A stretch of DNA of 63,965 bases, filler included, from Octopus bimaculoides (lineage: Eukaryota), in assembly GCF_001194135.2 (NCBI RefSeq). It is 5 parts of 5 records of this genome, joined end to end, with 100 filler letters (N's around TTAATTAATTAA, not from the genome) between each part and the next. Parts side by side here need not be neighbours in the genome. Positions count along the whole stretch, not along the records: positions 17,928 to 42,327 come from NC_068987.1; 4 more parts are not named here. The stretch is one strand, 5' to 3'. Shown here one piece after another: positions 25,558 through 37,012 of the stretch. How positions within the stretch are numbered: position 1 is the first letter of the stretch; each line of letters opens with the position of its first letter. Position numbers and translations under genes: made by a program. The notes under the pieces were generated by a model. The model worked only from the letters and a program-made list of their open reading frames with translations. It was not told the DNA's origin and did not search any database.

Positions 25558-25729
25558 AATCTTTCCCCGATATATAAGGCAAACATTATAAGCATCGGTG
25601 TGAAAAACGTTAAACCGATGCTTTCGAAATGAATTAACGTAATTATTTCGCTTCAGTTACACACCCACATACTCTTCTGCCATATATGCTATTGAGACAG
25701 TGAATTGGTAATATGTCGGTTGGAAGCCT

Positions 25730-26290
25730 ACTTAGGAGAAAGTTCTTTTGTCACGGCTAAAGACAATTGGGAATGACCGGATTATTTGCTTTTAAGCAAT
25801 CAAGAAAATATTGTAAACAGACGAAAAAGAAGTTGGCGAAAAAAGCTAAATTCGCTTCCTTCATTTCGGTTTACGTGTCTCTCCTCACGTATGGTCATGA
25901 ATGTTGAGTGATAACCGATGGAGCACAATCGCGAAAACAAGCAGCCGAAAGTGGGCACCTCTGAAGGATCTCAAGGATAAAATTACTGGACAGGGTTCGT
26001 AACTTGGAGATGAAGGAGTGTCTTCATGTCCAGCGGTTACTTCCCTGCATCGAGACATACTACAGACATGTGATTGGAATGTCGCAGCGAAGCATCACAC
26101 GAAGGACTCTGACTTCGTAAGTAGACCAAGGCCGAGATGGTTCGATAGTAATTATAGTCTCAATTGATCACACTTGGGAATCCAGCCGGAAAGTGTAATG
26201 ACGGTCGCTTCAGAGAAGACCCTGCGGAGATGGTGCCTGAGGAATCTACTCCAAAGACACCTCCCAGGAATGGTGGTGGAGAAGATGGAT
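25730..26290 (+). mobile_element. RTE-clade LINE 3' fragment, heavily decayed
   Basis: Pieces KAKFASFISVYVSLLTYGHEC, DRVRNLE, HVIGMSQRSITRR, RPRPRW and LGIQPESVMTVAS; homologous to 28215-28775. Confidence 0.75.
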
Positions 26291-27392
26291 GGGCGTATGT
26301 TATGTTTTACCTGCTGTAATGTTATTCTTTCTGTTAATGATTACTAAATAAGATATTAACAGGATCCCATGACATAAGACATCTTTTATGTGAATCCAAC
26401 CACGGCTTGCACCACGTCTAGAATGAAAACATTTTCTCGTTAGGTCGACATACGGCAAAACAGTGATTTTTGTTTTTACCTCAGCATACAAAAGGTTTAC
26501 TTATTTCCCGTTTTGTTATTTACTTTCATTAGGAAAGATTTATTAAAACCCAAAGCTATCAAATGACTCAGAAAGGTACAATATTCATTTGACAACACCT
26601 TAGATATACCATAAATATTTGCACGATTTCGTGGGCGTCTGCAAATGTGTACTGACTGAACTTTCCTGTTTTAAATGCAGTTGTATTAACAAAGGAGACG
26701 AGACGACATTACAGCCAGACTGGCAAAGCATACTTCATGAGATATTTATTCATTTAATGCTTTTCTCTTTTGTTTTGTTTTGTTTCTAACGCTCTTTGGG
26801 TTCCTACGTCTTGAATAATTCCGAGGTTCGGGGGTCTTTCACCTTTGTATATGTTTCAGTCAGTGGACTGCGCCCAGGCTGGGGCAAAGGATTTTGGTCG
26901 AATAAATCGACTCCAGTAAATTTCTCTGGGTTTTTTTTTTTAAGCCTGGCGTTTATTTTGTCGGTCACTTTTGACCTCTGAGTTACGAGAGACGTCAACA
27001 AATGAACGTCTTTTAAGGTGAGTGACCAACAAAGACGCAAAGACGAACATGGATACACACAGACACACACGACCGTTCTTCCGCGCAGTTTCTGTCTTAG
27101 GTCGGGTAGGGGTTAAAATAGAAGGCACATGCCCAAAGTGCCGCGCAGTAGGACTGAACTACACAGCCATGACCGCGCTTGCCAAAATTTTAAAGAATAC
27201 ATTTTGTTAATCGGAAACTAAATTCAGGAAATATAGAGGTGGGTTTTTTAAAAACAATATACGAGTACGTTTGCAAATATAACAAAATATAATTTCTACT
27301 CTAGGCACAAAGCCTTGACAATTTTTTAGAGAGAAGGGACGAGTTGATTACATCGACCCCAGTGCGTAACTGGTACTTATACATATACATAT

Positions 27393-27457
<65 letters not shown>

Positions 27458-27772
27458 NNNNNNNNNNNNNNNNNNNNNNNNNNNNNNNNNNNNNNNNNNN
27501 NNNNNNNNNNNNNNNNNNNNNNNNNNNNNNNNNNNNNNNNNNNNNNNNNNNNNNNNNNNNNNNNNNNNNNNNNNNNNNNNNNNNNNNNNNNNNNNNNNNN
27601 NNNNNNNNNNNNNNNNNNNNNNNNNNNNNNNNNNNNNNNNNNNNNNNNNNNNNNNNNNNNNNNNNNNNNNNNNNNNNNNNNNNNNNNNNNNNNNNNNNNN
27701 NNNNNNNNNNNNNNNNNNNNNNNNNNNNNNNNNNNNNNNNNNNNNNNNNNNNNNNNNNNNNNNNNNNNNATA

Positions 27773-27805
<33 letters not shown>

Positions 27806-28214
27806 GTACACACACACATATGTCGTTTACATCTGAAATGAATAAGTATTTTTTATACTTGCATTTGAATTTCATTTTCATTTCAAATAAATTGAAAGCA
27901 TCATTTTTTCATATATTTAAGAAGACAACTAGCAGTACGATACTAATAATTCATTATTCAATATACGTAAGTTCTTTTTTTATATATCTTAAAAACCAAG
28001 ACAACCATTATAAGATGTTTATTATCTTTATATACATACGTAATATATTAAATATATTTATAAAGAACTGGATTGAAATTGCTATTTTTTTTTCCAAAAT
28101 GCAATTTACTTTGTTAATAAAAGAAAATTTTCTTTTCGTTTTTTTCAGATTCTAAACCGCTGAAGCTCAAGACAAAACAATGTAAAGCGCATTCTTAGAA
28201 AGAAAAAAGATGAT

Positions 28215-28775
28215 AGAACCAGTTAGACTGGAGGAGGGGATACAGAAATCCATACTAAAAAGAATGAGTCCAGTTTCTTAAGGGCAATATTTCGTAAGCA
28301 ACAATCCATTAGTGATAGGAAGCGGGAGCTTGAATTGATGCTACAACTTCAGGCGCTGGCACAATAATGCGCCATCTTCGGCCATTCGATTCTCAGAAGA
28401 GGAGAGGTGGATAGAAAAACCAAATTTGCTGTCTTCACTTCTGTTTTCGTATCTGTCAACACCTATGGTCATAGATGTTGAGGAATGACCACAATAATAC
28501 GATCGCAAATGCAATCGGCCACAGTGGGGGTTCCTCTTAAAGATCTTTGGAGTAGCATTGCCCAGAAGGGTCCGTAGCTCAGTGGTCAGGGAATCTCTCC
28601 AAGTCAAGCCACTACTTCACCGCATCGAGAGGTCACAGCTCTGGTCCTACAGTCATGTGATTAGAATGTCGCAGGATAGATTCACAAGACGGGTTCTGCA
28701 AGCGAAGGGTAGACCTAGAACGAGATGGTTGGGTAATATCCATGGTCTCAGCCTTCATCAGGTGTCTTGGGCAGA
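28215..28775 (+). mobile_element. RTE-clade LINE 3' fragment
   Basis: DRKTKFAVFTSVFV..TYGH and RVRSSVVRESLQVKPLLHRIERSQLWSYSHVIRMSQDRFTRRVLQAKGRPRTRWLGNIHGLS. Confidence 0.85.
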
Positions 28776-28813
28776 TTTCGAACCTGGATTCTCATTCCTA
28801 AGGTATTTTTCTA

Positions 28814-28814
<1 letters not shown>

Positions 28815-28881
<67 letters not shown>

Positions 28882-28949
28882 TCACTGCTTGGAATCGAAC
28901 TCGGAATCTTGGGGTTAGTAGCCCAATCTTAACCACTACGCCATATGCT
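28815..28949 (-). mobile_element. Short tRNA-only SINE (family D) with (AAT)n tail
   Basis: Minus strand GCATATGGCGTAGTGGTTAAG (A-box)...GAGTTCGATTCC (B-box) AAGCAGTGACCTG directly followed by (AAT)n. Confidence 0.7.
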
Positions 28950-28956
28950 CGTATGC

Positions 28957-29006
<50 letters not shown>

Positions 29007-30844
29007 TATTNNNNNNNNNNNNNNNNNNNNNNNNNNNNNNNNNNNNNNNNNNNNNNNNNNNNNNNNNNNNNNNNNNNNNNNNNNNNNNNNNNNNNNNNNN
29101 NNNNNNNNNNNNNNNNNNNNNNNNNNNNNNNNNNNNNNNNNNNNNNNNNNNNNNNNNNNNNNNNNNNNNNNNNNNNNNNNNNNNNNNNNNNNNNNNNNNN
29201 NNNNNNNNNNNNNNNNNNNNNNNNNNNNNNNNNNNNNNNNNNNNNNNNNNNNNNNNNNNNNNNNNNNNNNNNNNNNNNNNNNNNNNNNNNNNNNNNNNNN
29301 NNNNNNNNNNNNNNNNNNNNNNNNNNNNNNNNNNNNNNNNNNNNNNNNNNNNNNNNNNNNNNNNNNNNNNNNNNNNNNNNNNNNNNNNNNNNNNNNNNNN
29401 NNNNNNNNNNNNNNNNNNNNNNNNNNNNNNNNNNNNNNNNNNNNNNNNNNNNNNNNNNNNNNNNNNNNNNNNNNNNNNNNNNNNNNNNNNNNNNNNNNNN
29501 NNNNNNNNNNNNNNNNNNNNNNNNNNNNNNNNNNNNNNNNNNNNNNNNNNNNNNNNNNNNNNNNNNNNNNNNNNNNNNNNNNNNNNNNNNNNNNNNNNNN
29601 NNNNNNNNNNNNNNNNNNNNNNNNNNNNNNNNNNNNNNNNNNNNNNNNNNNNNNNNNNNNNNNNNNNNNNNNNNNNNNNNNNNNNNNNNNNNNNNNNNNN
29701 NNNNNNNNNNNNNNNNNNNNNNNNNNNNNNNNNNNNNNNNNNATATATATATATATATAAGTGTGTGTGTGTGTGTGTGTGTATATGTATGTGCGTGCGT
29801 GCATATACGTGCCTGCGTGTGTGCGTGTGTATACGTGTGCGTGTATGTGTGCGCGTGTGCGCCGTGTGTGTACGTGTGTGTGTGCTCGCGTGTGTATGTA
29901 TATGTGTATGTCTATGTGGGGGTGTGTGCATATACGTGTGTGTGTATGTGCGCGTGTGTATATATGTGCGTATGTGTGTTTATGTATGTGTGCATGTGCA
30001 TGTGTGTGTGTGTGTGGAGATAGACTGAAGCAGATAAAGTACAGTTAACCTCGTCATCATTGGTCCGCCATTTTGATCTTGCTGAAGGTGTTTCGTTGTT
30101 TTACTCGCGAACCCACTCATTTCAGAAGAAACGCCGTTAACCCAGCTTTGGTTAGAGATTAACAACGGAAATAATACTTCTTCCGTAATCACTTTTTAAT
30201 TGCAGCCAGAGATTGGTCACTAAACAGGTATTTTACGAAAAAATGCTAACAATGTTTGCCCTCGTACGTCTTCGTACAAATATTTATACATACATACACA
30301 CACGCATACAAACAAACAAATATATTCATAAATACATGCGCATATATACATACATACATGCATACAGATATACAGACATACAGACGGACAAACAGACAAG
30401 CTGACAGGCAGACACAAATGCCCAAATTAGGATACAGAAACATATTTCCACGTAAATATTTTATACACTATAATCAAATATACTCGCATTCTCCCCCCCC
30501 CCTCTCTCCCTCTCTCTCACCTCCCATCACTGTCTTGTTTTCTGCATGTATGTATGTATGTATGTATGTCTCTTCTATTTTTTAAAATTATTTTAAATCT
30601 TCCATTGAAGAGTTAACCGGTTTCTAGTCCTCTTCGGATGCGGCAGGTTGAAAGTTGAGACTCATTTATATATANNNNNNNNNNNNNNNNNNNNNNNNNN
30701 NNNNNNNNNNNNNNNNNNNNNNNNNNNNNNNNNNNNNNNNNNNNNNNNNNNNNNNNNNNNNNNNNNNNNNNNNNNNNNNNNNNNNNNNNNNNNNNNNNNN
30801 NTATATATATATATATATGGGAGAATATACAAATAATAACAACA

Positions 30845-30990
30845 GACGAGGACAGGTGGTGTAAATAACAAAAGTATATATTAGTATAACGCTCGGGAAT
30901 ACGGAAAGTCTTTGACGTTTCGAGCTACGCTCTTCAACAGAAAGAATACGGAGACAAGGAGAAAAACACGGAGAAAAAAAATTGAATAGT
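30845..30990 (-). mobile_element. Probable Penelope-like terminal repeat fragment
   Basis: Homologous to 18790-18900 (GAGGAC..TATTAGT..GCTCGG..TTTGACGTTTCGAG..GCTCTTC..CAGAAAG); carries a hammerhead-like motif. Confidence 0.55.
30909..30945 (-). ncRNA. Minimal hammerhead motif with a core substitution
   Basis: Minus strand TCTTT-CTGTTGA-A-GAGC-GTA-GCTC-GAAAC-GTC-AAAGA: 5-bp stem I; A6 replaced by U. Confidence 0.5.
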
Positions 30991-31419
30991 GTTCAGTCAA
31001 CGGTCAATCATAATAATGGCCGATCATAACAATGACTGACCGGAAGTTAGAAATTCTTATTTCAGGAGAGCTAAGAAAGGGGGAGATAACAAACGGTGAT
31101 CGGGAACGAGGGGATGTGTGTGGGAGGTAGAATGCTGGTGATCTTGACGTATGTAGTGTGAAAATATATATACTAATATATATACTAGCAGAGATACCCT
31201 TGCTCCGGATAAAATTGGCATAGTTTTTTTATTGTTTTACTTGTTTTAATCATGTGACTACGGCCATGCTACAGCACCACCGTTGGTTGAACAAATCGCC
31301 CACAGGATTTATTCTTTGTAAGCCTACTAATTATTCTATCAACGTCATCTGACGAATCGCTAAGTTATGGGAACGTAAACACAACAACGTCGGATGTCAA
31401 GCACCTGGATATTTGTACA

Positions 31420-32085
31420 AGAAGCTAACTTTCTACCGACCGTATCTTACCAATATGTTCCAGCTAGCTCTCAATGGGAACAGTAGCATACCACACTGGT
31501 TAGCTTTGGCAGAGACAAAACTGATCCCCAAATGCAGAACCACCCACATGGCAAAAAACTACCGGTCAATTGCATGCCAGAACTTAATGTATGAAATATA
31601 TACAGCATGTTTAAACCTCTTCCTCCAGGACCATTGTGAAACCAATAACAGCATCACAGCAGAACTAGCAGCTGAGAAGAAGGGAGTCTGGGGATGTGCC
31701 GAGTAATTGTTAATCAACAAAACTGTGATGTCAGAGGTGCGAGAGCATAGGAGGAACCTAGTTTCAATGTGACTAGACTACAAGAAAGCTTTTGACTCTG
31801 TTCCCCACTCATGGATGCTAGAAGCCCTTCAGCTTGCTAAAGTTCCCGTGAGAATAGCCAAAGCCATAGCTGGCCTGACTCCATCGTGGACCACCATCTT
31901 GAACACCGATAGAATACAGTATCACAAAGGCACATTCCAAGGAGACAGCCTCTCTGTGATGTTGTTTATACTTTCTGTAAATCCCTTGTCATTCATGTTA
32001 AGGAAGTCTGAAGGATATCGCACTGATTCACAGGGAAACAGAAATACCAAAATTACACACTGTTTCTTTGAGGATGACTTTATAT
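31420..32085 (+). mobile_element. R4/Dong-like (restriction-like endonuclease group) non-LTR retrotransposon, reverse transcriptase fragment
   Basis: One frame: IPHWLALAETKLIPK, KNYRSIACQNLMY, KKGVWGCAE*LLINK, LDYKKAFDSVPHSW, KGTFQGDSLSVMLFILSVNPLSFML, HCFFEDD; stops at 31704-31706 and 31770-31772. Confidence 0.9.
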
Positions 32086-32269
32086 TTCTTTTACAATTAT
32101 ACATACATACAAACAAATATACTCTGTTGTTGATGTTAAAATTCCATTGAAAGAACCTTGAATCTAGGCTAGAAACCGGTTCTATTTCTATTGACAAGAA
32201 ATATTGAAATAAATTGAATAATGACATACATACATACATACATACATACATACATACATACATACATAC

Positions 32270-32500
32270 ATGAGTGTGTGTTTCTGTTTGTGTTTCTTCC
32301 CGTCATCACCGCTTGACAACCTGTTTTGTTTTGCTTACCTCTCTGTAACCTGACGGCGCGGCAAATGGAACCGATAGAATATGTACCAAGGTTTAAGAAA
32401 TAAGTATTGAGGTCGATTTGTCCGACCAAACCCTTCAATGCAGTGCCCCAGGGTGGCTGCAGTCCAATGAATGAAACAAGTAAAAGGCAAAAGATGAAGA
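32270..32500 (+). mobile_element. SINE family B body and tail
   Basis: CACCGCTTGACAACC...ACCGATAGAATATGTACCAAGG...GAGGTCGATTTGTCCGAC...GGTGGCTGCAGTCCAATGAATGAAACAAGTAAAAG. Confidence 0.8.
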
Positions 32501-32510
32501 AGAATCACAG

Positions 32511-32720
32511 CTGGTATCGTCTGGTATCGTCTGGTATCGTCTGGTATCGTCTGGTATCGTCTGGTATCGTCTGGTTCGTCTGCTATCGTCTGATATCATC
32601 TGGTATCGTCTGGTATCATCTGGTTCGTCTAGTATCGTCTGATATCATCTGATATCGTCTGGTATCGTCTGATATCGTCTGGTTCGTCTGGTATCATCTG
32701 GTATCGTCTGGCATCGTCTG
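32511..32720. repeat. 10-bp minisatellite (CTGGTATCGT)n, about 21 units
   Basis: Direct reading; variant units CTGATATCAT and CTGGTTCGT. Confidence 0.95.
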
Positions 32721-32924
32721 ATCCAGCCAATAAACAACAACCGATGAAGAAACCAATTCTGGGATATCCACCTCCCAACATACTATGATTTTTATTTTCA
32801 CTGACTTCACACCAGTTTCTGCATCACTCAACCGCAGTCGGTCGGTCATGTCATTCTGATCTCTTTTGTCATTCGTGTGGGCTTACGATGGTAAACCAAG
32901 GAGATCGTTTATGTTTCTTTTACA

Positions 32925-33360
32925 ATTATTAAGGTATTATTCCTATTGAATCACTCAACGCAGGCAAAAGATTGACTGTTCAATAATATGTGACAGCAAT
33001 TAAAAATTTATTGAATGATATCTGACAGAAGTGTCGGGGAAAATTTAGCAAGTTTCATTACAGCATTGCAACAGCTCATGGCTGTCGTATTGGCACCAAA
33101 ATCCATTCATGAAAAATGCACGATTCTTGGACAGCCGTCATATAACCCTAACATAGCACCGGGCAATTGTCATCACTTTCTTCAGTTCAAAAGAAGTTTA
33201 AATGGCCGTCATTATGACAGTGTTACAGAAAGTAGAGAAAAACGCATGAAAAATTCATTGCAGAAAAAAACGTTTTTCATATCGGAAATCTTCAGTAGCG
33301 TAAAGGTCAAAAAAATGTGCAGGCAACAAAGAAAACTACTGGAAAAAAATTTTTGAAAAC
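32925..33360 (+). mobile_element. Mariner transposase remnant (catalytic C-terminal half)
   Basis: GIIPIESLNAGKRLTVQ*Y and QPSYNPNIAPGNCHHFLQFKRSLNGRHYDS resemble GVIHYELL..G.TI...Y and HPPYSPDLAPSDYHLF.SL...LNG. Confidence 0.7.
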
Positions 33361-33649
33361 AAGAATTATTTTTTTACAATAGCGTTGCAATCGGTTTGCA
33401 CAATGGAGTTAATCAGCTTGGCGAAACTTGCTTTTGTTCAATAAAACATAAAAATACCAAGTTAAGTTTCCTGCATTTCTTTTTTTATGTAACATGGCTC
33501 GAATTCTGCACGCTAATCTCTCAATGATTGTTTTTAGGGTGAGTAGGATATTGGAGTAAGGCGGAATGTGGGAGTGTTTACTGAGCCTAAACCTTTTGGT
33601 AACGTGTCGTGCCTTCCAGCACATGTGTAAATATACATACGTGCACGCA

Positions 33650-33741
<92 letters not shown>

Positions 33742-33769
33742 ACGTAGGCAAGCAGAGAGATCATCCTCC

Positions 33770-34006
33770 GGCGGCGAGCTGGCAGAAACGTTAGCACGGG
33801 CGAAATGCTTAGCAGTATTTCGTCTGCCGCTATGTTCTGAGTTCAAATTCCGCCGAGGTCGACTTTGCCTTTCATCCTTTCGGGGTCGATTAAATAAGTA
33901 CGTACCAGTTACGCACTGGAGTCGATATAATCGACTTAATCCATTTGTCTGTCCTTGTTTGTCCCCCTCTGTGTATAGGCCCTTGTGGGCAGTAAAGAAA
34001 TAAGAA
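33770..34006 (+). mobile_element. SINE family A, full length, tail type ii, with 12-bp target-site duplication
   Basis: Near-consensus copy flanked by AGATCATCCTCC at 33758-33769 and 34007-34018. Confidence 0.95.
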
Positions 34007-34175
34007 AGATCATCCTCCGGGTGGTTTTCTGCTAGTCGCTAAATGTTTACATATTTGATTCCGAATATGCACAGATTTTACTGATATATTGCTTCTAATT
34101 TTTCTCTGTATCTTTTGTTCGTCTTATAATACTTATTTGCTCAGTAAATAATCCTTTTAGTTATTTGATCAGAGC

Positions 34176-34515
34176 AAGGCGGTGACCTGGCAGAGTCGTT
34201 GGCAAGCCGGGCGAAATGCTTAGCGGTATTTCGTCTGTCTTTAAGTTCTGAGTTCAAATTCCGCTGAGGTCGACTTTGCCTTTTATCCTTTCGGGGGTCA
34301 ATAAATTAAGTACCATTGACACAGTGGGGTCGATGAAATCGGCTATTCCCCTCCCCAAAAATTTCAGGCCTTGTGCCTATTGATCAGAGTAAGGCGGCGC
34401 GGTGGCAAAATGCTTAGCGACACTTCGACCGTCTTTACGTTCTGAATTCAAATTTCGCTGACCTCAAATTTACTTGTCATTCTTTCAGGGTCGATAAAAT
34501 AAGTACCAGTTGACT
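34176..34515 (+). mobile_element. Two adjacent SINE family A copies
   Basis: Copy 34176-34379 flanked by TTGATCAGAG (34165-34174 and 34380-34389), followed directly by an older copy at 34391-34515. Confidence 0.85.
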
Positions 34516-35085
34516 TACCCTCTTCCTCAAACCTGCTGGCCCTGCGCCTCTACGTGGTCGTTTATTATGCCAGAAATAGCAGGGATCACATGGGTATATT
34601 CTAAGGCCTATAGCATACCAAACAGCCACACCAATAAATTCGCTGCCAATATTTTTCTTTCAAATTATTCCGGTGAAGCGATTTCGGGTTATCCCCTCCC
34701 ACCATTCAGCCGACCTCTCTGACACTTGAAATTACATTCAGATTAAGAGGGGGGGGGACTAGGATTAAATCGATTTCAAATTCCCCCCGGAGCAATTTGA
34801 AACTGATTTCATCCTGGACTCGACGATTTCAGAGTCTTTTCGCGACACATTCTCTCAAGAAGAGAGACACTGGAGTATTTTGTCGATTCACTTGTAAAAT
34901 AAAAACAAATATTTATACTACAATGATCAAGGCTGCACCACTTCGATCTGGTTTTCTAAATACAATTTTAATGTGTTCTATGATTAGAATACTTTGCTGC
35001 GGTGTTGGGGCTTGTATGCCTCTATGACCTTGAGAAGTATACCAGCAGAGATTGGTAAGAATTCGCTGTTTTGTTGGCTGATTTC

Positions 35086-35093
35086 TATAAATA
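35086..35093 (+). promoter_or_regulatory. TATA-box candidate upstream of the hammerhead
   Basis: TATAAATA with ATTGG at 35051-35055; expected start site about 35112-35120. Confidence 0.4.
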
Positions 35094-35111
35094 GGAACAG
35101 AAGCTCCCATT

Positions 35112-35186
35112 TAGCGCCTAATGACTATCACTGACGGGGCTAATCTCAACCGAAACATTAGTGTTTGATGGTCACCACAGACGCTA
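35112..35186 (+). ncRNA. Type I hammerhead ribozyme fold (variant core)
   Basis: Stem I 35122-35130/35166-35174 (9 bp, one GU) plus outer helix 35112-35119/35179-35186 across an AA/CCAC internal loop; core CTGACGG; stem II GG/CC with 10-nt loop; GAA; stem III ACA-TTAG-TGT; triplet GUU with cleavage after 35165. Confidence 0.7.
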
Positions 35187-35633
35187 CTTGAGGCAAATGT
35201 AGTGTTTGCAACATTCTATATAGTAAAGTCTTTCTCCTAGACAAAATCCAATAGTTAACGGTATGACTAAACATACACATCATTCTGAATTTTCATATCT
35301 TAAAACTGTGGAACTCTGAGGTATGTTTGAAATATCAACCATTCCATCAATTTCTATGGTAACTAAAAGTGAGCTTGTTATCTAATATTGTTTTTACAGC
35401 TGTCTGCTACTTCAATCAAGTTATTTTATATCTTGTTAGAAAGATGACTGCAAATGCTATAACAATTTTTTTAACCTAATTTTGCATCTAATTCACTGAT
35501 TAAATACAGGTTCTGCGATCAGCACCGACAAAGTAAGATCTTGTTTAATGAAAAATAAGCAGCAGCTTATAATAATTCAGCTTTTCACTGCTTTCATTTT
35601 ACTTTTGTATTGTGGATTCCAAAGCTAATTTTA

Positions 35634-35872
35634 TTGGGTTGGTGCACAATTATTGCAGATTTTTTTCGACAAATTTTATTCAACAAAAAACAATAACAAT
35701 ATTTAACAAAAACATCTTTAAGTAACTGTCTGACCGTCTGCCAAGCAAATGGGAAGCAGTAATTGAAGTAGATGGTGAATATGCTCCGGAATAATCATTT
35801 AAAGATGTTTTTGTTACATGTTATTGTTTTTGTTGAATAAAATTTGTTGAAAAAACCCCGCAATAATTAAGC
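35634..35872. mobile_element. Second mariner foldback MITE, right end cut by gap
   Basis: TA|TTGGGTTGGTGCACAATTATTGCAG; same central transposase-tail sequence as 22719-22974. Confidence 0.9.
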
Positions 35873-36540
35873 NNNNNNNNNNNNNNNNNNNNNNNNNNNN
35901 NNNNNNNNNNNNNNNNNNNNNNNNNNNNNNNNNNNNNNNNNNNNNNNNNNNNNNNNNNNNNNNNNNNNNNNNNNNNNNNNNNNNNNNNNNNNNNNNNNNN
36001 NNNNNNNNNNNNNNNNNNNNNNNNNNNNNNNNNNNNNNNNNNNNNNNNNNNNNNNNNNNNNNNNNNNNNNNNNNNNNNNNNNNNNNNNNNNNNNNNNNNN
36101 NNNNNNNNNNNNNNNNNNNNNNNNNNNNNNNNNNNNNNNNNNNNNNNNNNNNNNNNNNNNNNNNNNNNNNNNNNNNNNNNNNNNNNNNNNNNNNNNNNNN
36201 NNNNNNNNNNNNNNNNNNNNNNNNNNNNNNNNNNNNNNNNNNNNNNNNNNNNNNNNNNNNNNNNNNNNNNNNNNNNNNNNNNNNNNNNNNNNNNNNNNNN
36301 NNNNNNNNNNNNNNNNNNNNNNNNNNNNNNNNNNNNNNNNNNNNNNNNNNNNNNNNNNNNNNNNNNNNNNNNNNNNNNNNNNNNNNNNNNNNNNNNNNNN
36401 NNNNNGATTCCTGCGTCGGGCAGTACGTTGTGTTCTTAAGCAAAATCCTTCATTTCCTTTTGCCCTCGTCCACTTAGCTGCTAATGAGTTACCCTGCTGG
36501 CGTTCCGTTCAGGGATAATGTTCTGGAAGCAGTTAAAGCT

Positions 36541-36747
36541 GTGAAATGGCAGAAACGTTAGGACTCCGGGCGAAATGCTTGGCGGTATTTCGTCTGTCTT
36601 TACGTTGTGAGTTTAAATTCCACCGAGGTCGACTTTGCCTTTCATCCTTTCGGGGTCGATAAATTAAGTACCAGTTACGCACTGGGTCGATCTAATCGAC
36701 TGGTCCCTCCCCTAAAATTTCAGGCCTTGTACCGAGAATAGAAAAGA
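36541..36747 (+). mobile_element. SINE family A, tail type i
   Basis: Head, B-box, core and tail as at 18521-18737. Confidence 0.9.
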
Positions 36748-37012
36748 AAGTTCTGGACGCAGTTACTTATACGCATTGGAAACTGGGTAAGTGGCCCCAT
36801 GTATATGTCCATGAACTCGACATAGCATTGTCGAGGAAAAGAAGGGATTTCTTACCCGTTTTGGGGGTTTTTTTTTTCACGAGATACAGAAGATAAGAAA
36901 CGCAGTAAACAAAATAACATATCTCTGTAATGAAACCGCTCATCCAATCCTTCTTGCAACCTCGGAGTGGGGGAGGGGGCGAAATGTTTTAAATTTCTTT
37001 CATTTATATTAT

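Noticed and set aside
31186-31215. Helitron-like terminus TACTAGCAGAGATACCC (and CGAGCGAAGCAGGGTATATT at about 1968-1990)
   Set aside because: Too short and degenerate to support without the matching end
32511-32720. Tandem arrays as possible CRISPR (also 46302-46514)
   Set aside because: No unique spacers, units of 10-11 bp, eukaryotic context, no cas genes
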